Assembly: GCF_000757865.1 (NCBI RefSeq)
Contig: NZ_CP007754.1
Location: 660,001 to 692,000 of the forward strand
Direction: 5' to 3'
DNA: 32,000 bases
From: Prochlorococcus sp. MIT 0801
Lineage (GTDB): Bacteria > Cyanobacteriota > Cyanobacteriia > PCC-6307 > Cyanobiaceae
Below the pieces are notes generated by a model. It ran no database searches. It was not told where the DNA came from and saw nothing but the letters and a program-made list of their open reading frames with translations. The position numbers and the translations under genes were made by a program. Below are positions 16,409 to 26,192 of this stretch, piece by piece (within the stretch, counting starts at the first letter, position 1; each line of letters opens with the position of its first letter).

Positions 16409-17572
16409 ATGGATTTTGAGAAAATAAATTTCGTCACTTCCAATTTTTTTGATAATAGTATACTTTTAAATATTGATTCAATAGATTCTGGCCTTATAAA
16501 TAAAACGTATATTATTGAACATTTAATTAATGGGAAAAAGTCTAAATTCGTTTTACAGTGTCTTAGTAATATATTTGAATCCTATGAGCAAGTTAATATG
16601 AATCATAAATTAATAACCGATCATATTAAAACTAAAATTAAAATAAACCATCTTAAATCTATCAATCAAAGATGGGAAGTTCCATGTTTAATTAAGTGTA
16701 ATTCTAATAACCTTTTTGTATTTCCTTTTTGCTCAGATTTTTGGCGAGCTATGGAATATATAGATGAAAGTCTTAGCTTTGATATTTTAGAAGATAATAA
16801 AATGGCTTATCAAACTGGTCTTGGTCTTGCTAAGTTTCATGGAACATGCTCCGATATTGACCTTACAAAATTAGAAAATACTATTAAAGATTTTCATAAT
16901 ACAAAAAAATACATTGACCAATTTAATATTACGATTAAAGATTTTAACTTTATTAAATTAGACGATCAAATAAATAAAAGAGTTCAAAACTTAATTTATG
17001 GGTTGTCTAATCATATCTTATATATTAAATCTTTACTAGGATATTTAAAGAGAAAATCAATACAACTAAGTTTAATTCATGGTGATCCTAAGTTAAGTAA
17101 TTTTCTTTTTGATATTCAATATAAATATGTTGTTTCTTTGATTGATCTAGATACTGTATCTTCTGGTTATTTACTTACTGATTTGGCTGATTGTATTCGA
17201 TCTATTTGTAATATTGCTGGCGAGAATCCAGATAATATAAATAATGTATATTTTGATGTTAACTGTTGTAAGTATTTTCTCGAAGGTTATTTCTCATTTT
17301 CTAATGAGAATGGTGATGACTTCTTTGGACTCCTTCCCGAATTTATTTATTTGATAATTGTTGAGTTAATTATTCGATTCCTGAATGATTTTTTACAATC
17401 AAATAGGTATTTCAAAGTAAAATATCAAACACAAAATCTATATAGAGCAGAGGTTCAATATCAATTGCTTTCTAGTTTCATTACTCAAGTTCCTACTTTG
17501 TCAAACTCTCTTCATGGAATTGGGATTTCTTCAAACTCAAATTTTGTCTCAGATGTACAGAATATTGTTTAG
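16409..17572 (+). CDS. APH-fold kinase resembling anomeric sugar kinases (NahK N-acetylhexosamine 1-kinase / MtnK 5-methylthioribose kinase type)
   Basis: Nucleotide-binding region SGLINKTYII...FVLQCLSNIF, hinge-like FWRAMEYIDES, DFHNT, catalytic loop LIHGDPKLSNFLFD (17078..17113) and metal-binding IDLDT (17141..17155). This is the Brenner-type HxDxxxxN...D motif of the aminoglycoside/choline/sugar kinase fold. Confidence 0.75.
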   Translation: MDFEKINFVTSNFFDNSILLNIDSIDSGLINKTYIIEHLINGKKSKFVLQCLSNIFESYEQVNMNHKLITDHIKTKIKINHLKSINQRWEVPCLIKCNSNNLFVFPFCSDFWRAMEYIDESLSFDILEDNKMAYQTGLGLAKFHGTCSDIDLTKLENTIKDFHNTKKYIDQFNITIKDFNFIKLDDQINKRVQNLIYGLSNHILYIKSLLGYLKRKSIQLSLIHGDPKLSNFLFDIQYKYVVSLIDLDTVSSGYLLTDLADCIRSICNIAGENPDNINNVYFDVNCCKYFLEGYFSFSNENGDDFFGLLPEFIYLIIVELIIRFLNDFLQSNRYFKVKYQTQNLYRAEVQYQLLSSFITQVPTLSNSLHGIGISSNSNFVSDVQNIV

Positions 17573-17626
17573 GGTTTCACATAACCCAACTTATCACTAA
17601 AGTAAAAAAGATATTTATTTTTTCTT

Positions 17627-19700
<2,074 letters not shown>

Positions 19701-19706
19701 TTTTTC

Positions 19707-19714
19707 AAGGAGGT
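19707..19714 (+). promoter_or_regulatory. Shine-Dalgarno sequence of metA
   Basis: AAGGAGGT lies 8 nt upstream of the metA ATG (19723). This is an unusually strong SD for this genome type. Confidence 0.5.
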
Positions 19715-19722
19715 ATATAGAT

Positions 19723-20616
19723 ATGGCCTTAATACTTCCTCGCAGTTATCACAAAATTTCATCAATAGAAAAAAATCATATTTCATGGATTGAGCCTGAA
19801 TTAGCAGAAAGACAGGATATTCGACCTCTTAGGATTGGGATATTAAATATTATGCCTTTGGGAAAACAATATGAATTTAATTTATTGCACCCTTTAGGAC
19901 TTTCTCCTCTACAAATAGAACCTATATGGATAAGATTAAAATCCCATTCATATAAAACTTGGGATCTAGAGCATCTGAAAAACTTATATGTTCATTGGGA
20001 GGAGGCAATGTCTCCAACTCATCTTGATGGGTTGATTATTACTGGTGCACCTGTTGAGCATCTTCCTTTTGAAGAAGTTCATTATTGGAAGGAATTAGTA
20101 AATCTAATTGAGGAAGCAAAGATAAAATGTGCAAGTACCCTAGGATTGTGTTGGGCTGGTTTTGCAATGGCTTATCTGGCTGGAGTTGAGAAAAAAATTT
20201 TTAATAAAAAGCTTTTTGGTGTATATCCAATGAGAAGTCTTGTTCCTGGCCATTCTTTAATGGGAACACAAGATGATGAGTTTTTCTGTCCTCAAAGTAG
20301 GCATGCCGGTTTACCTGATATTGAGATGGAAAAAGCAGAACAAAAAGGCAAGCTAAGATTATTGGCTCATGGAGAAAAAGTAGGCTACACAATTTTTGAA
20401 ACACCTGACCAGAGGCAATTAATACATTTAGGACATCCCGAATATAATGTAGATAGATTGAAATCTGAGATGAAAAGAGATAAGAAAAGAGGCGATGTAC
20501 CTCCTCCAGAAAATTTTGATTTTACCAAATCAAATACTTCATGGCGATCGCATAGAAACTTATTATTTCAACAATGGTTGTGGTTCTGCTATCAACGTGT
20601 AAGCCTGAGTGTTTAA
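19723..20616 (+). CDS. metA: Homoserine O-acyltransferase, MetA family (O-succinyl/O-acetyl specificity not determinable by eye)
   Basis: RIGILNIMPLGKQYEFNLL, GLIITGAPVE, the catalytic Cys region GLCWAG, and LGHPEY are characteristic of MetA (HTS) proteins. It lies immediately downstream of metY. Confidence 0.9.
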   Translation: MALILPRSYHKISSIEKNHISWIEPELAERQDIRPLRIGILNIMPLGKQYEFNLLHPLGLSPLQIEPIWIRLKSHSYKTWDLEHLKNLYVHWEEAMSPTHLDGLIITGAPVEHLPFEEVHYWKELVNLIEEAKIKCASTLGLCWAGFAMAYLAGVEKKIFNKKLFGVYPMRSLVPGHSLMGTQDDEFFCPQSRHAGLPDIEMEKAEQKGKLRLLAHGEKVGYTIFETPDQRQLIHLGHPEYNVDRLKSEMKRDKKRGDVPPPENFDFTKSNTSWRSHRNLLFQQWLWFCYQRVSLSV

Positions 20617-20660
20617 CTTTTTTAGATTTACCAGGGATTATATTTTGTTGAAAGATTTGA

Positions 20661-21845
20661 CTATTTTAATGGAGGCATTATATTCCTTGGATCATAAATT
20701 GTTTTGAGCTCTTGTAAATTTGGGAGCCAATTTTTGAATGCGGATGATAACTCTTTTTCATGCCATTCTAAATGTGGGTGTATTTGCGCAAGATGAACCC
20801 CAGGGCATATGAATTCTAGATTATTCCAACACTCTTTCATCCATCCAAGACTTCTTTTTCTCTCCGCTTGATCGTGGGCTTTCCAAGTACCGTTAATCCA
20901 AGGTTTCCAGATGGCATCACGATGAATAAATGAAGTGTCAAGATCATTTAAATGTGTTAAACCTCCTAATTGTTGAGAAGCTATATAACAACTTTTGTTC
21001 GGCCTTTTATCTATTAATTCTTTAAGGATTTTTAATACATGTTGATTTTTTCCTTGCCAAGCAGGGCCTAATAATCCAAGTACTTCAGAATGATTTAAAT
21101 TATTATTATTATTATTATTATTATTATTTCCAAGGCTTAAATTAGGTAAAGATTTCATATTTTTGAATTTATTAATGATTCTATTTCGAGAGAAGGGTAA
21201 TCTTTCTAATAATTTAATCAATACCGATTCATCATCACTATTTTTAATTTCACCAATTGCATGAGCAAAAATATCGTCTCCATATATCCATTGAAAGCTA
21301 AGAGAATTAGGCCAACTTTCGGCTTGATTAATACATTCAGCTAGCTGAGCAAATGAAAGATTAGCTGTCCAACTTAATAGTGGTCTTAATGGCTGAGTCT
21401 TTAACTTTACTTGTGTGATTATGCCAAGAAATATAGCTGCTCCGCAAAGGGCTTTCCATTCATAAGTCATTTCTTTTTTCGTATTTGGTCGTAATAAATG
21501 AAACTCTTTTCCATTTCCCCAAAAACCTTTAATTTCTAAGATTTGATCAATTGCTAATCCTTTGCTCCTACTGAGTGGACTTATTCCACCGGTCAAAATA
21601 TATCCCAATCCTGTATTTCCAGATAACCCAATTGGAAAACTTCTTTTATGATTTTCTAAAAAAGAGCATAACTTTCCCATCGTTACCCCGCCTTCAATTT
21701 CTACATGCTTTTTGTCTAAATCGAAAAATATATTTTGGTAGTTTTTTCTTAGGTCTAAAATCCAATGTTTATCTGCGGCGGCTCTACTTGTGGTTCCTCC
21801 ACTCGAGACTAAAAATGGACAGGAAGTTTTTTGGGATGATCTCAA
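20661..21845 (-). CDS. FAD-linked oxidase, PCMH-type FAD-binding domain with a berberine-bridge (BBE)-like C-terminus; the 5' end is uncertain
   Basis: GLSGNTGLGYILTGGISPLSR (FAD-binding segment) and the C-terminal LQELKTIYDPRNIMPP (BBE-type motif). The track start is the TTG at 21845, but the frame stays open to 21953 and the upstream residues still look like the domain N-terminus (see findings). It contains an internal poly-Asn run. Confidence 0.75.
   Translation of the reverse strand: MRSSQKTSCPFLVSSGGTTSRAAADKHWILDLRKNYQNIFFDLDKKHVEIEGGVTMGKLCSFLENHKRSFPIGLSGNTGLGYILTGGISPLSRSKGLAIDQILEIKGFWGNGKEFHLLRPNTKKEMTYEWKALCGAAIFLGIITQVKLKTQPLRPLLSWTANLSFAQLAECINQAESWPNSLSFQWIYGDDIFAHAIGEIKNSDDESVLIKLLERLPFSRNRIINKFKNMKSLPNLSLGNNNNNNNNNNLNHSEVLGLLGPAWQGKNQHVLKILKELIDKRPNKSCYIASQQLGGLTHLNDLDTSFIHRDAIWKPWINGTWKAHDQAERKRSLGWMKECWNNLEFICPGVHLAQIHPHLEWHEKELSSAFKNWLPNLQELKTIYDPRNIMPPLK
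21099..21128. repeat. (AAT)10 trinucleotide microsatellite inside the FAD-oxidase CDS, encoding Asn10
   Basis: Ten perfect consecutive ATT units on the plus strand (AAT codons on the minus strand). I checked the count against the protein length: 239 aa + N10 + 145 aa = 394. Confidence 0.95.
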
Positions 21846-22025
21846 TGATTGGAATAATTCAGAGTTTACAGTTTCAAAAACCCCAAGGACATCACTATCA
21901 TTGGAATTCTGATTTTGTAGTGATATGGAATTTCTAATAATCGGCTCCTTTTTCTATAATGAATTTCTTAAGTTGGTATTTTATAAAACTATATTCAATT
22001 AAAGTATATTATTGGCCAAAATATT

Positions 22026-23048
22026 TTGATTCCCTCTGCATCAATTGACTATAAATATCCAACTAATATTGGGATTTTGTTGTGCGGACATGGCAGTAGA
22101 GATCCGCAAGCAGTAAAGGAGTTTATAAGTGTAGTCAAAAAAATAAAATCTAGAATACCTGATATCCCAGTTGAATTTGGTTTCCTAGAATTTAATCGAC
22201 CAATAATTAGTGAGGCACTAGATCAGCTTAGAAAATTGGGCGTTGAGAGAGTAATTGCTCTCCCAGCTATGTTATTTGCGGCGGGTCATACTAAAAATGA
22301 TATTCCTGCGGTTTTGAATAAATACTCCGCTAATAATGGACTTCAAATTCAATATGGCAGGGAGCTTGGTTTGAATTCGTTGATGATTGGAGCTGCAGGA
22401 GCAAGACTCAAAGAAATTATTGATAGTAATCCAATACTTCCCCTTTCTGAAACATTACTTGTCGTAGCAGGGAGAGGGTCGTCCGATCCAGATGCTAATT
22501 CAAATGTTTGTAAGATTACAAGGATGCTTGTTGAGGGATTTGGTTTTGGATGGGGAGAAACTGTTTTTTCAGGAGTAACATTTCCTCTCGTTGATCCTGG
22601 GCTGAGACATGCTCTCAAATTGGGTTTTAAAAGAGTAATTCTCTTACCTTATTTTCTTTTTTCTGGAGTCTTAGTAAGTCGCGTTAGAGAACACTCTATG
22701 AGAGTTGCAAATGATAATCCTGATGTGAAGTTTCTACACGCAAGATACTTGTCAGACCAAGATTTAGTAATTGATACTTTTATGGAAAGAATTCAAGAAG
22801 TTTTTGATGGAGAGAATTTTATGAACTGTGCTTTATGTAAATATCGTTCTAATTTATTGGGTTTTGAAAGTGAGGTTGGATATGAACAGATTAGTCATCA
22901 TGATCATGTTGAGGGTTGTCTAGACAATCGCTCAGAAAACAAGGAGTATCATCACGCGCATGAACATTTTCCTTATCCACATGCAAAGCACCCTTTAGGA
23001 CCTGTCACGCTTCCCTCTTTAAATAAAAGCCAAATCTTAAAAAAATAG
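22026..23048 (+). CDS. cbiX: Sirohydrochlorin cobaltochelatase, long form (CbiX-L) with a His-rich tail
   Basis: LLCGHGSRDPQAVKEF and a second half-domain VVAGRGSSDPDANS (duplicated CbiX fold). An MxCxxC motif (FMNCALCKY) typical of the Fe-S site of long CbiX. C-terminal histidine-rich region HHDHVEG...YHHAHEHFPYPHAKH. TTG start. Confidence 0.85.
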   Translation: MIPSASIDYKYPTNIGILLCGHGSRDPQAVKEFISVVKKIKSRIPDIPVEFGFLEFNRPIISEALDQLRKLGVERVIALPAMLFAAGHTKNDIPAVLNKYSANNGLQIQYGRELGLNSLMIGAAGARLKEIIDSNPILPLSETLLVVAGRGSSDPDANSNVCKITRMLVEGFGFGWGETVFSGVTFPLVDPGLRHALKLGFKRVILLPYFLFSGVLVSRVREHSMRVANDNPDVKFLHARYLSDQDLVIDTFMERIQEVFDGENFMNCALCKYRSNLLGFESEVGYEQISHHDHVEGCLDNRSENKEYHHAHEHFPYPHAKHPLGPVTLPSLNKSQILKK

Positions 23049-23425
23049 GTTTAAATTAGAGAATCATTTGTCTCTTTCTTGCTTGCGACGCAGGGGACTC
23101 GACATTTATACATTTTTTTAATGTTTAGTTTCAGCTCTTTTCCCCAAGTGGTTTCCACAGCTAGTAAAGAGTTTTCCACTACAAAAGACTAAAACCCTAG
23201 TTTTCGTGATGAACTTGTGGGATTCAATAGATATTTTAATAGTAATTTACACTTAGACACTTTATGTGAATAAAAATAATTTATTCCAGATGATCCTTCG
23301 AGAAGTGCTGATATAAGATGAGTCTACATCTGTCTCTGATTTACAGTTCAGCTTTTCTTTACCTTTGACGTTTTTTAGAAAATTTAAGATCCTTAATTCA
23401 TGTGTTTTAGCTTTTAAGAAAAGAG

Positions 23426-23695
23426 ATGGAGTTTAATCAAATTGAAGCTCGTATTGATGAGATGAAAACTGATGAGGTTGGATATTGTGAAAACGACTTG
23501 GACCTTATGTCTATAAGCCTTGAAGCTGAGGTGCCTGAAGCTCTTTATGTAGGTATGAAGGATTTTATATATGGAAATGAGAATTGGGATCAATCCAAGC
23601 TTATTAGCTCAGCCATAGCAAATTTTCTTTTTCAAAATGGTTCTGAGGATAGGGCTGTTACTGAAAAATACTTAAATGATATTTTTAACCTTTAA
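23426..23695 (+). CDS. Small conserved cyanobacterial-type hypothetical protein (89 aa; possibly DUF2811-like)
   Basis: ATG ORF. The segment SISLEAEVPEALYVGMKDFIYGNENWDQSKLISSAIANFLFQNG resembles a small cyanobacterial family as I recall it. Its last 11 nt overlap the convergent GMC oxidoreductase stop region. Confidence 0.55.
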   Translation: MEFNQIEARIDEMKTDEVGYCENDLDLMSISLEAEVPEALYVGMKDFIYGNENWDQSKLISSAIANFLFQNGSEDRAVTEKYLNDIFNL

Positions 23696-25331
23696 AGTCT
23701 TTAATTGCCTTTTCGCAAGCTCTCTTAGTTATTGCCATCATTGTTAATGTTGGGCTCTGCCAAGATGAAGTAGGCCAGCAAGCTCCATCAACTACCAATA
23801 CATTGTTGCATTCCCATAGACGATTCCAGTTGTCTAAAACACTTTTTTCCTTGTCATTTCCCATTGGTGCTCCTCCTACCTCATGTATGTAGTAACCAGG
23901 GGGCGGAGCATCGCTTTTAATAGCAACTGATTTACTTAATATTTGTTTGGCAAATGGAATGGTGAGGATCTCATTCACTGGAGTAATCTTGCCATTTCCA
24001 GAATTGATAATAAGTTCAATCATTCTGTTCATTTCTGAAACCATTCGTTGCTCATTTTTACGCCAAACTATTGATATGTGTGGTATCGAAATACCATATA
24101 AATCTTTGCTATTTGACAGCGAAACAGTGTTTTTTTTATTTGGGAGTACTTCTCCGTGACCAATAAGAAATCCGGTTTTTGTATTTTTATATTTTTTTAA
24201 AATCTCTGGTGGTTCAAATCTATCTATTCCTCCCCAAATGCCATATCCACCGATAAAGTTTTTTTTAGTTGAGCGGTCTCTACCGATTGGAATAAAGAAG
24301 CTACCAGCTCCTGTTAAAAGATGATTATTATTATGTTCATCTGAATGATCAGTGAAATTCTTATCGATTGGGACAGTGAAAAACCTACAGGTTGATATAT
24401 GATCCATTAAATTCATTCCTAATGAATTAGAGGGGTCAATTAGACCATTTGAATTATTACTTTCTTCGGAACTTAATAGAATTCTAATTGTTTGGATTGT
24501 TGATGAACATAATATTATTAATTTACTTTCTAATTCACTTCTCTCTCCATTTTCTTGATTTACTACAATGACACTTTTTGCAGACTTTCTATCCTTGTTT
24601 AATACTAATTTATCTACAATATGATTTGAAAGTATTTCTATTTTACCTAGCCTAGTTGCTTCTTTTAATGTACTTCCTAAGCTACTATATCTGGGCCATT
24701 TTGTTTTATCTTTATTTGCTCCAAAGCCTCTGGAATGTATAAAGGGAAGATTTAAACTTTCTTTTATACTGGAGGCGAATCTTGATTCACTCTCTGTGAA
24801 TGGAAGTTTGCCTATATATTCACCATTAGGTAGTTGATTAAGATCGTCTTTGTTGCCATATACTTTAAGAAAACTCTCAATTTCTGAATAATGTGACTCA
24901 AGATCTTTATAACTAATAGGCCATTCAAGATTGTATTCTTTTTCTTTTGAGGCTTCAAAATCTTCGTCAGATAATCTTAAGGTTATCCCTCCCCAAGTAA
25001 GGCTTCTTCCACCAACTTGATTGCCTTGCGTCCACATGAATGGAGCTTTTGGTGGGTGGGTGTAAGGATTTGCTTTTTTGCTTGCGTACAGCAAGGGATT
25101 TGATTTCCAGAACCCGGGATGTTGAGGTTGATTTTGGTAATTTCCAGTTGTTACCCCTATAAGTCTCCGAATCATATTGCAAGGTTCTGTTCCGTTTGAC
25201 TGTTTGATCTCTAGTTCAGGACCTCTTTCAATTACAAGTACTCTTACTCCAGCTTTAGCCATTGTTAAGGCTGCCATCCCTCCGGTTGCACCTGAACCGA
25301 CAATTATGACTTCGTATGGCTTTTTAATCAT
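23685..25331 (-). CDS. GMC-family FAD-dependent oxidoreductase
   Basis: N-terminal YEVIIVGSGATGGMAALTMAKAG (GxGxxG). The C-terminal GMC_oxred_C signature is HEVGGAPMGND...VLVVDGACWPTS. Confidence 0.85.
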   Translation of the reverse strand: MIKKPYEVIIVGSGATGGMAALTMAKAGVRVLVIERGPELEIKQSNGTEPCNMIRRLIGVTTGNYQNQPQHPGFWKSNPLLYASKKANPYTHPPKAPFMWTQGNQVGGRSLTWGGITLRLSDEDFEASKEKEYNLEWPISYKDLESHYSEIESFLKVYGNKDDLNQLPNGEYIGKLPFTESESRFASSIKESLNLPFIHSRGFGANKDKTKWPRYSSLGSTLKEATRLGKIEILSNHIVDKLVLNKDRKSAKSVIVVNQENGERSELESKLIILCSSTIQTIRILLSSEESNNSNGLIDPSNSLGMNLMDHISTCRFFTVPIDKNFTDHSDEHNNNHLLTGAGSFFIPIGRDRSTKKNFIGGYGIWGGIDRFEPPEILKKYKNTKTGFLIGHGEVLPNKKNTVSLSNSKDLYGISIPHISIVWRKNEQRMVSEMNRMIELIINSGNGKITPVNEILTIPFAKQILSKSVAIKSDAPPPGYYIHEVGGAPMGNDKEKSVLDNWNRLWECNNVLVVDGACWPTSSWQSPTLTMMAITKRACEKAIKDFKG

Positions 25332-25713
25332 TTTTTGAAACTTGTATATTTTAAATTTGGTGGATTTAGGGAATTATTTTTTGATAATATAAAATATATA
25401 TTAAATCATAGGGTTAGTTATTAGACCGGTGGGAAATTTGATTAATTTTTATGTTTTCACTTTCTTTAATAAACCATTAGCATGGAATATATTTTATTAG
25501 ATGATTCTTGAATCATTTAATGTAATCATTAAGATCTATATATTGATCTTATGATTTGGACTTTAATTAATAATTCTTTTGATTAATTTTTATGGTTTAG
25601 TAGAGATTTATAGTATTAGTCCTTTATTTCTAATATATATATAATCAAATATTTATCTGTTAGTCAGACCCTTTTTGACTTAAAATATAATGATTAGTAG
25701 CCATTAGTAAGTT

Positions 25714-26184
25714 ATGTTTAAACGTCTTCTTTTTTTTGTAAGCTCCGTTTTGTTTTTCTTTTATCCTCTGCCAGCTTATTCAGCTTTAGACTATGGAAAG
25801 CAATCTTTGATAGGTGCTGATTTCTCCAACATCGATTTGAAAGGTGCGACTTTCTATTTAAGTGATCTCCAAGATTCAGATTTTTCAGGTAGTGATCTTC
25901 AAGGAGCAAGTTTTTTTGACGCAAAGCTTGAAAACGCTAATTTAAGTAATACAAATATGAGAGATGTAACAATGGATGCAGCTATACTTAATGGCGCAAA
26001 TCTTTCCAATAGCATATTAGAAGGTGCTTTTGCTTATAATGCTAAATTTGAAAACGTTATTATTGTAGGTGCCGATTTTACTGATGTATTGATCGCAAAT
26101 GATGTTAGAAATAAACTATGTCTTATCGCAGATGGGATAAACAGTGTTACTAATAAAAAAACAAGTGAAACATTGGACTGTTAG
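25714..26184 (+). CDS. Pentapeptide-repeat protein with an N-terminal signal peptide (thylakoid-lumen/periplasmic type)
   Basis: Signal-like MFKRLLFFVSSVLFFFYPLPAYSA, followed by tandem A(D/N)LxX pentapeptides (GADFSNIDLKGATFYLSDLQDSDFSGSDLQGASFFDAKLENANLSNTNMRD...). Confidence 0.9.
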   Translation: MFKRLLFFVSSVLFFFYPLPAYSALDYGKQSLIGADFSNIDLKGATFYLSDLQDSDFSGSDLQGASFFDAKLENANLSNTNMRDVTMDAAILNGANLSNSILEGAFAYNAKFENVIIVGADFTDVLIANDVRNKLCLIADGINSVTNKKTSETLDC

Positions 26185-26192
26185 TAGCCAAT

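Noticed and set aside
21575-21937. 120-aa plus-strand ORF
   Set aside because: It is antisense to the 5' part of the FAD-linked oxidase, which carries recognisable domain motifs. Its translation is low-complexity (F/L/K/I rich).
21846-23425. Cobalamin riboswitch near cbiX (and near nrdJ at the window end)
   Set aside because: I could not find a B12-box-like motif or the GC-rich multi-stem architecture expected of a cobalamin riboswitch, either in the 180-bp region upstream of cbiX or in the spacer downstream. The nrdJ 5' region is outside the window.
23685-23695. 11-nt convergent overlap between the 89-aa ORF and the GMC oxidoreductase 3' ends
   Set aside because: Short convergent 3' overlaps are common in compact genomes, and both stops are unambiguous. 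It is noted only as a packing feature, not as evidence of anything unusual.
25437-25594. 17-bp direct repeat TTTGATTAATTTTTATG at 25437..25453 and 25578..25594, in the 382-bp spacer between the GMC oxidoreductase and the pentapeptide gene
   Set aside because: The sequence is exact but very low-complexity A/T, in a spacer that is almost pure A/T. It occurs only twice, with no associated structure or ORF (the embedded ATGs open frames of only 9 and 2 codons). It is probably chance or promoter-element similarity.
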